A stretch of 63,326 nt of DNA, counting the filler, from Deltaproteobacteria bacterium (lineage in GTDB: Bacteria; JAEEML01), in the NCBI GenBank assembly GCA_016283195.1. It is 6 parts of 6 records of this genome, joined end to end, with 100 filler letters (N's around TTAATTAATTAA, not from the genome) between each part and the next. Parts side by side here need not be neighbours in the genome. Positions count along the whole stretch, not along the records: positions 42,281 to 50,919 come from JAEEML010000146.1; positions 51,020 to 59,942 come from JAEEML010000151.1; 4 more parts are not named here. One strand, written 5' to 3'. Shown here piece after piece: positions 48,820 through 59,641 of this stretch (position 1 is its first letter; each line of letters begins with the position of its first letter). Under the pieces are notes generated by a model that was not told where the DNA came from, did no database searches, and was given only the letters and a program-made list of their open reading frames with translations. The position numbers and the translations under genes are program-made.

Positions 48820-50488
48820 CGATAAACTCCCTGAGCAGCGATGTCTGCGGTATATCGCCGGGCAAAATAGCCACAAAGAGGGCCAAAAATTCCCTCAAGC
48901 GATATACTTCGGAAAAAGCCGGATTGGAACGCGGCACTTCATGCAAATAGCGCTCGGCAAAAACCTTGAGCACCGGAAATTCATATATCAAAGAAGAATC
49001 AAAAATCACATCGGCCGTGTGCTCATAGGGGAAAATATGGGCTCTCTCCCCCCGGCGCACCAGCGGCCAGTTTTGAATAGTGTGGGCCGCCGAATAGCCA
49101 CGATAATGGCGATCGCGCACAATGCGGCGCAAAAGCCGGGCATCACTTGTTTGAATGCGGTTGTGATTATCAATGGCGAGCGGCGTAAGAGCATTGATAA
49201 AAATATGATATTGCTCATCTTTTGGCAAGCCGGCCGAGATTTTGGGATTAAGGCCGTGGATGCCCTCCATTAAGAGCACCTGGTCTGGCGCCATCTCAAA
49301 GATACGGCAATCTTCAAGTTTGCAGCGCGTCCCGCTCTTAAAATCAAAGGTGGGAACCGGCACTTTTTTGCCCTCCAAAAGATCGCTCATATTGCTTAGA
49401 AGCAGCGGCACATCAAGAGCATCAAGCGCCTCAAAATCAATTTTGCCATCGGGCCCCACCGGCATGTCACAGCGATTTCTATAATAATCGTCCATAGATA
49501 TAAGCACCGGCCGCCGCCCCACCACCTGCAACTGAATAGCCAGCCGCTTGGTAAAGGTGGTTTTTCCGGCCGAAGAGGGGCCGGCAATAAAAACCATGTG
49601 GCAATTTTTGGTGGCAATGTCATCGGCAATGTCGGCAATGAGCTTTTCGTGAAGTGCCTCATTTATCTTAATAACATCACATATTTGCCCGCTGATACAA
49701 GCGGCATTGAGGTCGCCGACATGGGAGACTCCCACCAAGCGGCTCCAACTGCGCGAGCGCTTTAAAGTGGCATAAAGAGCCGGCTGCGGCTTTTCCAGGC
49801 GCGGAATATTCGGGTCCTTTTGGTCGGGGAATTGTAAAATAAAATCTTCGCCCTGCAAAAGTAATTTATATTCGCCAAAAAAGCTGGTATCCGGAGCAAC
49901 AGGGCCATAACAAATATCAATAAAATCCTCTAGTTCTATCAAATTAACATGAGTAGGCGCCCAGGTATCCAAAAGTTGGCGTTTGCTCTGTTCTCCCCGT
50001 TTTAAAAAGATGCGCTGGGCCTCTTCCACCGCCACCCGCATAAGTTTAAAGGGCTTTTTGGCGGCCACCAGCGCCTTGAGGCCGGCATCAATCTTTTGCA
50101 AAAAAGCTTCATCTACTTTGGGGCCTTTAACCTCAAAATAGTAGCCTTCAGAAATCGACTGCCCTACCCTAATTTGCCCTTCGGGATAGAGTTTATAAAA
50201 AACCGCATAGAGCATCATGCAAATATGGCGGCGATAAATACGCGCTCCCTCATGGGAATGGGCGGTTAGCACTTCAATAGTGCCGCCGCTACAGATGGGG
50301 GCATCAAGAGAAACAACACGGTTATTAAGATTGGCCGCCAGGGCCACCGGACCATCATCAGCAGCGTATTTTTGCAAAAATTCGCGCACAGTTATGCCGT
50401 GCGGCACCGAGAGGCAGCTATCGTGAAAATAAATATTTACAAAGTTTTCATCGTTTTTTAAGGCACCGACATTCATCTTCTCAACCAT
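48797..50488 (-). CDS. Nucleoside (uridine) kinase with N-terminal TGS/ThrRS-like domains
   Basis: IAGPSSAGKTTF, SMDDYY, LMEGIHGLN, RLLRRIVRD, SLLREFIGGS. Confidence 0.9.
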   Translation of the reverse strand: MVEKMNVGALKNDENFVNIYFHDSCLSVPHGITVREFLQKYAADDGPVALAANLNNRVVSLDAPICSGGTIEVLTAHSHEGARIYRRHICMMLYAVFYKLYPEGQIRVGQSISEGYYFEVKGPKVDEAFLQKIDAGLKALVAAKKPFKLMRVAVEEAQRIFLKRGEQSKRQLLDTWAPTHVNLIELEDFIDICYGPVAPDTSFFGEYKLLLQGEDFILQFPDQKDPNIPRLEKPQPALYATLKRSRSWSRLVGVSHVGDLNAACISGQICDVIKINEALHEKLIADIADDIATKNCHMVFIAGPSSAGKTTFTKRLAIQLQVVGRRPVLISMDDYYRNRCDMPVGPDGKIDFEALDALDVPLLLSNMSDLLEGKKVPVPTFDFKSGTRCKLEDCRIFEMAPDQVLLMEGIHGLNPKISAGLPKDEQYHIFINALTPLAIDNHNRIQTSDARLLRRIVRDRHYRGYSAAHTIQNWPLVRRGERAHIFPYEHTADVIFDSSLIYEFPVLKVFAERYLHEVPRSNPAFSEVYRLREFLALFVAILPGDIPQTSLLREFIGGSSFTY

Positions 50489-50891
50489 TTTCCTGCTCCC
50501 ATTCATGCACTTTTCTGTACTCGGTAGAAAAAAGGTCACGTTCCACAACCAGTGCTTTACCACTAAACGGGCCGTTTGGGCAAAAACCATTATGCGGTTT
50601 ATCCACAAAAATAGCTTCCCCCGCCTTTAATTCTTTGGTTAAAAGGCCGTTTTCCGTATAAAGCACCAATGTTATAGCTCCGCTTAAAAGGGTAAAAAAT
50701 TCCGGGCAGGTGTGTTTTTCGAGCTCGGCAATTTCAGCCAAAGAAACAGCTTTAGGGCTATAAACACCAATGCGATAGTGCTCGGAATCGCCGCATAAAA
50801 CCTGCCATTCCTTAGCTACTTGCCAGCTAAAGGGTTCATTACGCATAGCCTCCGGAAACGACGGAGCGGTAACAGTCACTTTGCGGCTCAT
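50481..50891 (-). CDS. Cupin-like protein
   Basis: LEKHTCPEFFTLLSG...LKAGEAIFVDKPHNG. Confidence 0.7.
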   Translation of the reverse strand: MSRKVTVTAPSFPEAMRNEPFSWQVAKEWQVLCGDSEHYRIGVYSPKAVSLAEIAELEKHTCPEFFTLLSGAITLVLYTENGLLTKELKAGEAIFVDKPHNGFCPNGPFSGKALVVERDLFSTEYRKVHEWEQENG

Positions 50892-50919
50892 TGGCCCACC
50901 TCCTCAAAATTGTTGGCAA

Positions 50920-51019
50920 NNNNNNNNNNNNNNNNNNNNNNNNNNNNNNNNNNNNNNNNNNNNTTAATTAATTAANNNNNNNNNNNNNNNNNNNNNNNNN
51001 NNNNNNNNNNNNNNNNNNN
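50920..51019. other. Assembly spacer
   Basis: N block with TTAATTAATTAA. Confidence 0.99.
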
Positions 51020-51628
51020 GCGCTCAATGGCATCGTTATAAAACTGCGCTGCCCCGCTATAATCCGCGGCCTTAAAATGAATCTCTCCCAAGCGAAATAT
51101 AGCCTTGGCCGCCATAGAATGTTTAGGAAAATAATTTAAAAATTTCAAGTATTTTACTTCAGCGTCATCAAATTCTTGCTTTTCATAAGCATTTTCGGCT
51201 TCTTTAATGAGCTTTTGCGGGCGAATACCAACCGGCGGCGGTGCGGGAACAAATTGTTCCTCTTTTGCCTGGGCGCTTTCGGGCGTTAGTTTTACCACAG
51301 TCAAATGTTCCGGCGGCCTGGTAGCAGCATGGCTTACCTGCCCAGCCGCTTTTGGGCCGGCAGGTTGCGGATTATCATAAAGCACAGCTATTTTTTTGCT
51401 CTCTTTTTCCAACTGGGCAGAAAGTCGCACATAGCTCTTGGAAAGAGCAGCCAGCTGAGTCTCCAAAGCGTCGATTCTTTTTTGTGTAACTTTACTGCTT
51501 TGGCAAGCAGTAAGAAACGGCGCGGATAGCAGCATAACAGCCGAGGCAAAAACAGTATTACGGAGCAAAAACGGCATAGGCCCAAACCTCCACTTTGGCA
51601 ACATAAACAGCTTTTTAAGAAAAGGCAA
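51020..51628 (-). CDS. Second CpoB/YbgF-like TPR lipoprotein, 3' truncated, start uncertain
   Basis: Lipobox LTAC; coiled coil; FLNYFPKHSMAAKAIFRLGE. Confidence 0.75.
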
Positions 51629-51666
51629 AAAAGTGGCACTAGAGCAGGGGGTAAGGAGTGAGAGCT

Positions 51667-52485
51667 TTATTCGCTAACTATTTTAAAAATAACGGCCTTT
51701 TTGTTGCCGGGCGCTAAGGAGGCTTCAAAACGCTGCGGTTGCAAACCAATGAAATAGGAACGTTCGGCCATTACTTTGGAATTATTACGCCGCCAAGAGC
51801 TGATATCGCCTTTAGGCTCCACTCTAAGCTCCCCCTTCTCATTTATTTCATAGGCAAATTCCATTGTTTCATCGGCCGTAAAACGCACCTTTAAGGTACC
51901 AAAGCTAAGATGAAAGCGCAGAGGCACAGAATTATCCTTAGCCACTTTTTTACCATCGAGAAAAACAGTTGCTGCTTCTGAGAGTCCCAGGCGGACATTG
52001 ACCGGCTGGCGCTCAATAGCTTGCGGCTTTGCTTCTTCTGCCTCTTCTGCAGCCGAAGCTGCGGCCTCAGGCTGAGCTGCTAGTGCCGCGCTATTATCGC
52101 CGGCTGGCTTTTTGCCGGTTGCTTCGGTTACCGCTGTTTCTGCGGCCCCGGCCGGGAGAATTCGCATGGAAATAGGGAAAGAGAGAGGCTTATCGGCGAC
52201 CAGTTCCAGCGGCATTTCCACGGGATAATAGCCGGGAGCAGTTATTTTCAGACGATGCTGGCCGTAAGGAATAGTCACATCACGGTAAGGAGAACTACTA
52301 GCTTTTAATTCGCCGTCGATATAGAGCTTAAAACCTTTAGCCGGCTCTACGGTAACCTCCAGCCGCGGCTTGGTACTGATGGCTTCTTCTTTAAAAAAGG
52401 AGCGCAAATTGCTGACATTATCGCAAGCACCAAAAGTATTTAAGGCACATATTCCCCAAGTAACAATAAGCCATTTGTGCCTCAT
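51667..52485 (-). CDS. PEGA-domain lipoprotein
   Basis: LEVTVEP...LYIDG...GQHRLKITAPGYYP; FGAC lipobox-like. Confidence 0.8.
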   Translation of the reverse strand: MRHKWLIVTWGICALNTFGACDNVSNLRSFFKEEAISTKPRLEVTVEPAKGFKLYIDGELKASSSPYRDVTIPYGQHRLKITAPGYYPVEMPLELVADKPLSFPISMRILPAGAAETAVTEATGKKPAGDNSAALAAQPEAAASAAEEAEEAKPQAIERQPVNVRLGLSEAATVFLDGKKVAKDNSVPLRFHLSFGTLKVRFTADETMEFAYEINEKGELRVEPKGDISSWRRNNSKVMAERSYFIGLQPQRFEASLAPGNKKAVIFKIVSE

Positions 52486-52503
52486 AATTAACTCCTCAAA
52501 ATA

Positions 52504-55284
52504 TTAGGCCAGTTCGTTAAGGCGCTTTAAACTGGCCTCTAAGCCCTTTTTCATCTCCAGGGCCTCAGCCAATTTAGTCTCTTCGGCCGCTACCACCTCG
52601 GCCGGGGCGCGGTCTTTAAAAGAGGGATTACTGAGCTTGCCATTAAAGCGGGCGATATCCTTTTCCAATTTAGTTAGCTCTTTATCTACTTTGGCCTTTT
52701 CGGCCTCCACATTGATAAGGCCGGCCAGTGAAACGGAAATTTCGCCGCAATTTACCACAATGGCCAGGTTGCCGGATTCGTGGTGCAGTTCATCTACAAA
52801 GGTCACATCGGCATTAGAAAGGCGCATAATGGAGCTCACCTGCTCATTAAGAGCTGCGGCCAGGTTGGCCTTAGAGAGGCGCACTTTGGCACTTAGGCGC
52901 ACTTTGGGCGAGATGGTATAATCGGAGCGCACAGCGCGAATAGCGGTCACAATTTGCATTAGAGCGCCGAATTGCTCCTCAGCCGCGCTGTCGATAAGAT
53001 GCTCAGCGGCCACCGGATAGGGGCTAATCATGATGGATTCCGGCATATCGGCACGGCGCGGAATATTCTGCCAGAGTTCCTCAGTGATAAAGGGCATAAT
53101 GGGGTGCAAGGTGCGAAGAGCCGTTTCCACCACATAATAGAGCGTATCCTGAGCATTTTTAAAGGCTTCCGGATCGGCGGCTTCACCGGCTTGAATCACC
53201 GGCTTAATAGTCTCTACATACCAGTCGCAAAGCTCATTCCAGATAAACTGGTAAATAGCCATGGTCACTTCGCTAATCTTTACCTCGTCCATGCCGGCGG
53301 CCACCACTTTGAGCATATTACTTAGGCGCGAGAGGATCCACTTGGCCGGGAGGGTCTTTGGCTCCGGCGCACTGGTAACCGGGGTATAATTTTCGCCCAG
53401 AGTATTGAGCAAGAATCTGGTTAATTGCCAAATTTTATTGCCAAATTTCCTATAGCCTTCAATGCGCTTGATGGAGAGGTGAATATCTTTGGTCTGCGCC
53501 GTATAGGCGGCCAAAGTAAAGCGCATGGCATCGGCACCGCAGGCGGGGATACCCTCGGGGAAGAGCTGCTCCTGAGCCGCTTTGGCCCGTTTTAGCTCAG
53601 CCGGCGGCAAGTTATAGCCTTCCAGTTTGTGGTAGAGATTATCCAAATCAGAGCCATCGATAACATCCAGCGGATCGATGACATTGCCCGTGGCTTTAGA
53701 CATCTTTTTGCCGCGCTCATCACGCACCATGGCATGCAAGAGCACCTGTTTAAAGGGCACATCGCCCATAAAATGGATGCCCATCATCATCATGCGGGCC
53801 ACCCAAAAAAAGAGAATATCGTAGCCGGTCTCCAAAACGGAGGTGGGGTAAAAAGTCTTTAAAAGCTGCGTATTTTCCGGCCAGCCCAGAGTTGAGAAGG
53901 GCCAAAGAGCCGAAGAGAACCAGGTATCGAGCACATCTTCGTCCTGGTGCAGATTGTGCGAGCCGCAGTGTTTACAGGCAGTCGGCGCCTCCACGGCTAC
54001 TGTCTCTTTGTGGCAGTCATCGCAATACCAGGCGGGGATGCGGTGGCCCCACCAGAGCTGGCGGGAGATGCACCAGGGCTGGATATTTTCCAGCCAGTGA
54101 TAGTAAGTTTTTACCCACTCGGCGGGGATAATCTCGGTTTTACCCTCCTCTACCGCCTTTAAAGCCTCTCTCGCCAGCGATTCGGTATTGACAAACCACT
54201 GGGTGCTGATCATCGGCTCCACCACTGTCTTGGGGTGACGCTGACAGCGGCCCGGCGCATAGATGTGCTCTTTGCTGCCGCGGGCGAGGCCACGGGCTTC
54301 GAGCTCATCTTTCACTCTTTGCCGCGCTTTAACAGTGGTGAGACCGGCAAAATCGCCGCACTCTTCATTGAGAGTGCCATCAGGGTTTAAGATGTTGATA
54401 AATTCCAGATTATTGCGCTTACCGCAGGCAAAATCGTTGGGATCGTGGGCCGGAGTCACTTTAACGGCGCCGGTTCCAAGCTCCATATCGGCCAGTTCCG
54501 GGTCGGCAATAATGGGAATCTGCCGCTTTAAGAAGGGATGCTGCACCAATTTACCAATCATGGCTTTATAGCGCTCATCATCGGGGTGCACGCAAACTGC
54601 TGTATCGCCAAAAATAGTCTCCGGGCGGGTGGTAGCCACCACTATCTCGCCGCTACCATCAACTAATTGGTAAGCAAAAGACCAAAGTTCGCCCTTCTCC
54701 GGCTCTTCTCTATCCACTTCCAAATCGGAAAGAGCGCTTTGGCAGGAGGTACACCAGTTGATAAGACGAGTATCGCGGAAAATAAGCCCCTCTTCATAGA
54801 GCTTAACAAAGACTTCACGCACGGCGCGGCTTAGGCCCTCGTCCATGGTAAAGCGCTCCCGCTCCCAATCCACCGAGGCTCCCAGGCGCTTTTGCTGCTC
54901 TTTAATGCGATTGCCGTATTTTTTCTTCCACTCCCACACTCTTTCCACAAATTTTTCGCGGCCGATTTCGTGGCGGTTTGTCCCCTCTTTGGCTAGTTGG
55001 CGCTCCACCACCATCTGGGTGGCAATACCGGCATGATCAGTACCGGGCAGCCAGAGAGTGTTATAGCCGCACATTCTCTTATAGCGGATCAAAAGGTCCT
55101 GAATAGTGAGCGTAAGGGCATGGCCCATGTGCAAAGCGCCGGTGACATTGGGCGGCGGAATCACAATACAATACGGCGGCTTATCGGATTTTTCCTCGGC
55201 GTGAAAATAGCCTTTTTCTTCCCAGAATTTATACCATTTATCTTCTATTTGTGCCGGTTCAAAAGCAGAGGCTAGAGGGCTCAT
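52504..55284 (-). CDS. valS: Valine--tRNA ligase
   Basis: PPPNVTGALHMGHA, GTDHAGIATQ, WCISRQLWWGHRIP, KMSKA; C-terminal coiled coil. Confidence 0.98.
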   Translation of the reverse strand: MSPLASAFEPAQIEDKWYKFWEEKGYFHAEEKSDKPPYCIVIPPPNVTGALHMGHALTLTIQDLLIRYKRMCGYNTLWLPGTDHAGIATQMVVERQLAKEGTNRHEIGREKFVERVWEWKKKYGNRIKEQQKRLGASVDWERERFTMDEGLSRAVREVFVKLYEEGLIFRDTRLINWCTSCQSALSDLEVDREEPEKGELWSFAYQLVDGSGEIVVATTRPETIFGDTAVCVHPDDERYKAMIGKLVQHPFLKRQIPIIADPELADMELGTGAVKVTPAHDPNDFACGKRNNLEFINILNPDGTLNEECGDFAGLTTVKARQRVKDELEARGLARGSKEHIYAPGRCQRHPKTVVEPMISTQWFVNTESLAREALKAVEEGKTEIIPAEWVKTYYHWLENIQPWCISRQLWWGHRIPAWYCDDCHKETVAVEAPTACKHCGSHNLHQDEDVLDTWFSSALWPFSTLGWPENTQLLKTFYPTSVLETGYDILFFWVARMMMMGIHFMGDVPFKQVLLHAMVRDERGKKMSKATGNVIDPLDVIDGSDLDNLYHKLEGYNLPPAELKRAKAAQEQLFPEGIPACGADAMRFTLAAYTAQTKDIHLSIKRIEGYRKFGNKIWQLTRFLLNTLGENYTPVTSAPEPKTLPAKWILSRLSNMLKVVAAGMDEVKISEVTMAIYQFIWNELCDWYVETIKPVIQAGEAADPEAFKNAQDTLYYVVETALRTLHPIMPFITEELWQNIPRRADMPESIMISPYPVAAEHLIDSAAEEQFGALMQIVTAIRAVRSDYTISPKVRLSAKVRLSKANLAAALNEQVSSIMRLSNADVTFVDELHHESGNLAIVVNCGEISVSLAGLINVEAEKAKVDKELTKLEKDIARFNGKLSNPSFKDRAPAEVVAAEETKLAEALEMKKGLEASLKRLNELA

Positions 55285-55346
55285 AATAATATTCCTTATA
55301 ATGTTTTAATAAATACTATAGAACATGAGGGCGGGATTAAAAGCGA

Positions 55347-56945
55347 TTAGGCGTTGTTTTTCTTAATAAGTTCGGCCACATGCTCTTTAATAATCACTTC
55401 GGCCAGCTGCGGCACCACTTCCCAGGCGATGCGCTCGATAATTTCGCGTGCTTCGGCCGAGAGAGCGGCGTGGGTAACTCCGGGAGCAATCTCTTTTTCC
55501 GCTTTAGCCACAACTTGTTCTTCGGCTTTGGCCACTATATCAGCTACTGGAGCGGGAGCCGGGGCCGGCTCTTCTTTGGCTATAACCGGCTCAGCTACAG
55601 GTGTCACAGAAACTACAGGTGTTACCGGAGCAACTGGGGCAACAGGCGCCACCGGAGCTACTGGAATAACCGGAGCGGGCTTTTCTACCACTGGGGCAAC
55701 AGGTACTACCGGAGCTACCGGGGCAACAGGGGCTACAGGAGCAACAGGAGCAACTGGCACAACCGGAGCCGGTTTTTCTACCACTGGGGCCACAGGTACT
55801 ACCGGAGCTACCGGGGCAACAGGGGCTACAGGAGCAACAGGAGCAACAGGCACAACCGGAGCCGGTTTTTCTACCACTGGGGCCACAGGTACTACCGGAG
55901 TCACCGGAGCGACAGGGGCAACAGGCACAACCGGAGCTACTGGAATAACCGGAGCCGGCTTTTCCACTACAGGGGCTACAGGATGCACAGGAGTAACCGG
56001 TACAACCGGGACTACCGGAGTCACAGGCACTACCGGAGCCGGCTTTTCAGCTACAGGAGCCACCGGGTTGACAGGGGCTACAGGATGCACAGGAGTAACC
56101 GGTACAACCGGGCGCACCACTTGTGGTGGCACCGGCGGTGGTGTAAAGGTGCTACCAGGCGGAGTAACCGGACGCAACTGCGGCGGCACCGGCGGCAAGA
56201 AAGAAGGCCGCGGCGGCACCGGCGGCACATGATCACCGGCCTGAGCAGCTGGAGGAATGGGTCTTAATAACGGCATACCGTTGGGGCCAACAGCTTGCGG
56301 CGCTACTGGATGAACAGGCAGTAACGGCTTGGGAGCTACAGGTGCTACAGGAGCTACAGGTGTGGCCACAGGAGCAACAGGTGCCACAGGAGCTACAGGT
56401 GCTACAGGAGCTACAGGTGTGGCCACAGGTGCTACAGGTGCCACAGGAGCTACAGGTGCCACAGGTGCTACAGGTGCGGCAACAGGTGCTACAGGTGCCA
56501 CAGGTGCTACAGGTGCCACAGGTGCTACAGGTGCTACAGGTGCTACAGGTGCGGCAACAGGTGCTACATTCTGGGCATTACCACTCACAGCATTTTGCAC
56601 AACCTCGAGAAGTGTCTTAGTCTCAAAAGGTTTCTCAACGTGCAAAGATACACCGGCAGCCGCCGCTTTACCTTCATCATAAGCCTCAAATTTGCTGTTC
56701 ATTAAAACAACAGGAATTGCCGCAAGAGCGGCATCGGCCTTAGCCGCAGCAGCCACGTCATAGCCGTTCATATCGGGCATACCGACATCAATAAGCATAA
56801 CATCAGGCATTATTTCCTTGGCTTTGGCCAGAGCGTCATTACCGCTTCCGGTGGCCACAACCTGAAAATCTTCGGTGGCAAAGGTTATCTCTACTACTTT
56901 TTGCATAGTCACGCTGTCATCAGCAAGCAAAAGCTTATGGGCCAT
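55347..56945 (-). CDS. romR: RomR-like polarity response regulator
   Basis: Receiver domain (LLLADDS...ID..MPDMNGY...KPF), very long Pro/Val/Ala linker, C-terminal [22 protein letters not shown]; immediately upstream of valS. Confidence 0.85.
   Translation of the reverse strand: MAHKLLLADDSVTMQKVVEITFATEDFQVVATGSGNDALAKAKEIMPDVMLIDVGMPDMNGYDVAAAAKADAALAAIPVVLMNSKFEAYDEGKAAAAGVSLHVEKPFETKTLLEVVQNAVSGNAQNVAPVAAPVAPVAPVAPVAPVAPVAPVAPVAAPVAPVAPVAPVAPVAPVATPVAPVAPVAPVAPVAPVATPVAPVAPVAPKPLLPVHPVAPQAVGPNGMPLLRPIPPAAQAGDHVPPVPPRPSFLPPVPPQLRPVTPPGSTFTPPPVPPQVVRPVVPVTPVHPVAPVNPVAPVAEKPAPVVPVTPVVPVVPVTPVHPVAPVVEKPAPVIPVAPVVPVAPVAPVTPVVPVAPVVEKPAPVVPVAPVAPVAPVAPVAPVVPVAPVVEKPAPVVPVAPVAPVAPVAPVAPVVPVAPVVEKPAPVIPVAPVAPVAPVAPVTPVVSVTPVAEPVIAKEEPAPAPAPVADIVAKAEEQVVAKAEKEIAPGVTHAALSAEAREIIERIAWEVVPQLAEVIIKEHVAELIKKNNA
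55595..56567 (-). repeat. PVA/PVV/PVT 9-bp tandem arrays with higher-order VEKPAPV blocks inside romR
   Basis: Seen directly; two arrays separated by a Pro-rich spacer. Confidence 0.92.
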
Positions 56946-57057
56946 AAATATCCTCCCTAAAACAAAACCAGAGCTAGATAGCCCACCTTGGGCGAAAGCA
57001 CAATACAACGGAAGAATGGGAAAGGCAACTTTGAAATTCCATAATTAGCAAATATTT

Positions 57058-58737
57058 TTACCTGATAAAGTAGCGAATCACATCATTCTTAAAAGCAACA
57101 AACATCAAAAGCATGAGCAAGAGCAAACCTACAAGCTGTATATAGTGCTTTACCTTTGGCGGAATAGGCCGGCGAATAACGCTTTCCACGATCACCCCGG
57201 CCAAATGGCCACCATCGAGCGGCGGCACCGGTAAAAGGTTCAAAAGACCAATATTTATAGATATATAAGCCATAATGCTCACAAAATAAGCCAGCCCATG
57301 TTCAGCCGCTTCGCCGGCTATATAAAAGAGCATAATGGGGCCGCCCATGGTATCAAGAGGCAAGCGGCCGGTAAAAAGATGAGAAAGCGCTTTGGCCGTC
57401 AGGGCAATATCGCTCCACACTTTTTGTAAAGCCAAGTTAATACTTTTGAAAAATCCATAATTTATAGTAACCATATCGGAATCAAGGAGTACAGTATAAT
57501 TATAAGCGCCAAATTGATTTTGCTCCTGCTGCTTTTGGGGATTGGCCAGATAATCGGGTTCTATGCGCTTTAAGTTATATTCCAAAACCTTTACTTCTTG
57601 CCCGCGCAAAACAGTTATATGCAACAAACGCTCGGTGGTTACATCGACTGATGGCAGATCTATTTCCCAAAATCCTATTTCTTGATCGTCAAATTTTAAA
57701 AGGCGATCCCCAGCTAAAAGGCCCATGGCGTGAGCAGGATTTTCACCTTCGTCAACACGAGAAATGGTAACGTTGGCGAGGCCAAGACCAAGATAACCGC
57801 GCGCCGGCTCGGCACTGCTGTAATATGCTGCCGGATAGCCGGCCGGAAGCTCACTGGCCGCATCGAGCGCTATCAGAAAATCGCTACTGCCATCTCCCTC
57901 AGCCGTTTCCCTTGAAATAGCCAGTTCAAAATGAGTGCCCTGCTCTTTTTGCAAAAAAGAGCGCAGTTCATACCAAGTGGAGATTTCTACTCCATTAACC
58001 GCTTTTATTATATCGCCGGTTTTTACTCCGGCCAGAGCCGCCGGCGCTGCCTGGTCGGTAATAGCCACCATGGCTTTTTGTTTGGCCAGCGATATACCGA
58101 GCATTCGTTTTTGGGTTACATCGCCAAAAATATCTTTATTTTCAGTCACATTAGGCGTGATATCCAAAACCAAATTTTCTGTGCCGCGTTTAATACTCAC
58201 CGCCACACTGCCGCTGGTGCCGTCCAAAATCTCGCCTATATCGCTAAAAGCTTTAACTTCCTGACCATTTATGGCTGTAATGGTATCGCCGGGCAAAATA
58301 CCGGCCACCGCCGCCGGAGAAGCTGCTTTTACATAACCGATAGTAGGCGCCCCAACTTCATGGCTACCGGCAAAGACAAAAAAGTAGAGAATAATGGGCA
58401 AAATGAGGTTGGAACAGGGACCGGCTGCCAGCACTAAAGCCCTTTTCCATGGCGCCTGGGCATTAAATGAGCGCGGCAAATCTTCGGGAGCCACTTCGCC
58501 GTCGCCCTCCCCCACCATGGCGCAGTAACCACCGAGCGGAATCCAGGAGAGGCAATATTCGGTCTCACCAAAGGTAATGCCCACCATTTTGGGCGGAAAG
58601 CCAAGAGAGAATTGCGTCACTTTAATATTAAAGGCTTTGGCCATTAAAAAATGGCCCAGCTCGTGAATAAAGACAATAACTCCCAAAAGAACTATAAAGG
58701 CCAGAAGCATTGTCAAACCATTTATGAGAGTTGCCAC
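57058..58737 (-). CDS. rseP: RIP metalloprotease RseP
   Basis: FIHELGHF, IPLGGY, AAGPCSN, PDZ domains, NLLPVPPLDGGH. Confidence 0.95.
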   Translation of the reverse strand: MATLINGLTMLLAFIVLLGVIVFIHELGHFLMAKAFNIKVTQFSLGFPPKMVGITFGETEYCLSWIPLGGYCAMVGEGDGEVAPEDLPRSFNAQAPWKRALVLAAGPCSNLILPIILYFFVFAGSHEVGAPTIGYVKAASPAAVAGILPGDTITAINGQEVKAFSDIGEILDGTSGSVAVSIKRGTENLVLDITPNVTENKDIFGDVTQKRMLGISLAKQKAMVAITDQAAPAALAGVKTGDIIKAVNGVEISTWYELRSFLQKEQGTHFELAISRETAEGDGSSDFLIALDAASELPAGYPAAYYSSAEPARGYLGLGLANVTISRVDEGENPAHAMGLLAGDRLLKFDDQEIGFWEIDLPSVDVTTERLLHITVLRGQEVKVLEYNLKRIEPDYLANPQKQQEQNQFGAYNYTVLLDSDMVTINYGFFKSINLALQKVWSDIALTAKALSHLFTGRLPLDTMGGPIMLFYIAGEAAEHGLAYFVSIMAYISINIGLLNLLPVPPLDGGHLAGVIVESVIRRPIPPKVKHYIQLVGLLLLMLLMFVAFKNDVIRYFIR

Positions 58738-58892
58738 TTATATCTCCTCTACCCCATAATGGGGCCTTTTATCTATACTCAAGAGTTCTGATTGGCAACA
58801 AAAGAAAATAATTTCAGGCGTAACATACCTATTTCGCTACCTAGGAAGCTAAGAGATTATAAAGCAGCACCGCGGATCTTTGGGCTACCTGA

Positions 58893-59641
58893 TTAAATGG
58901 TTAGGGCTTTTAATTGGGCAATAGAGAGGCCTGTGTATTTGGCAATAAGGTCAAAACTAAGACCATCTCTTAGCATATTGCAAGCGGTCTCCAGTTTGGC
59001 TTTTTCCATGCCTTTTTCCATGCCTTTTTCCATGCCTTTTTCCATGCCTTTTTCCATGCCTTTTTCCATGCCCTTTTCCATGCCCTTTTCCATGCCCTTT
59101 TCCATCATCGCCGCCATGCTTGATCTTCTATCTATATCGGCCATTTCTTCCTGAAATTGCTTGGCCCAGCGTAACCTGTCACCACTCATATAGGTAAGTA
59201 CAAATTCGGCAGCCATGATGCCCTCCTCTTTTTTGGCAAGGTCTTTAATGGTAGCTATTTTATTAGGATTATCGGCTTCTTTCAAAAAGATGCCCCAATT
59301 TTCCAGCGCTGAATTGGCAGAAAGGTCGGCCTCTTTGCCAGCCAGTTTGGGCAGCGATCGTAACGCAAGCCGCGCTCATCAGGGTAATCGGCAGGAGCTT
59401 CACTGGGCAAAAGGTTTACTTTGGTGATTTTGCGCTCAGTGGCCGCTTCCAGAAATGAGCGCAGAGCTGTTTTTGATTCTGGTGTGTTTTGAGTAAAAAT
59501 GGCTTTAAAAGTAGAATCAAAGCGCGGATTTAAGAGCGCACCGGTGCCGGCGCTGGCAATATAAGCCTCTTCTTCAGGGGTAAGCGCCGGTAATTCTTGA
59601 ACCTTATTGAGTTTTCTACGAGAAGCCATAAATACCTCCAT
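58893..59641 (-). pseudogene. Rpn/PDDEXK_2 family nuclease, internally deleted and frameshifted
   Basis: N-terminal LLNPRFDSTFKAIF...RGLRYD is joined out of frame to WGIFLKE...MEKG repeats...IAKYTGLS; the catalytic centre is missing. Confidence 0.85.
58998..59105 (-). repeat. 12-bp tandem repeat, 9 units (8 MEKG + MEKA)
   Basis: ttttccatgcc(t/c) array. Confidence 0.96.

Noticed and set aside
55354-56682. Collagen-like (GAT)n and YR-rich ORFs on the + strand
   Set aside because: Antisense shadows of the romR PVA repeats; the minus-strand frame carries the conserved domains.
58897-59154. (FSMP)n ORF on the + strand
   Set aside because: Antisense of the MEKG repeat.
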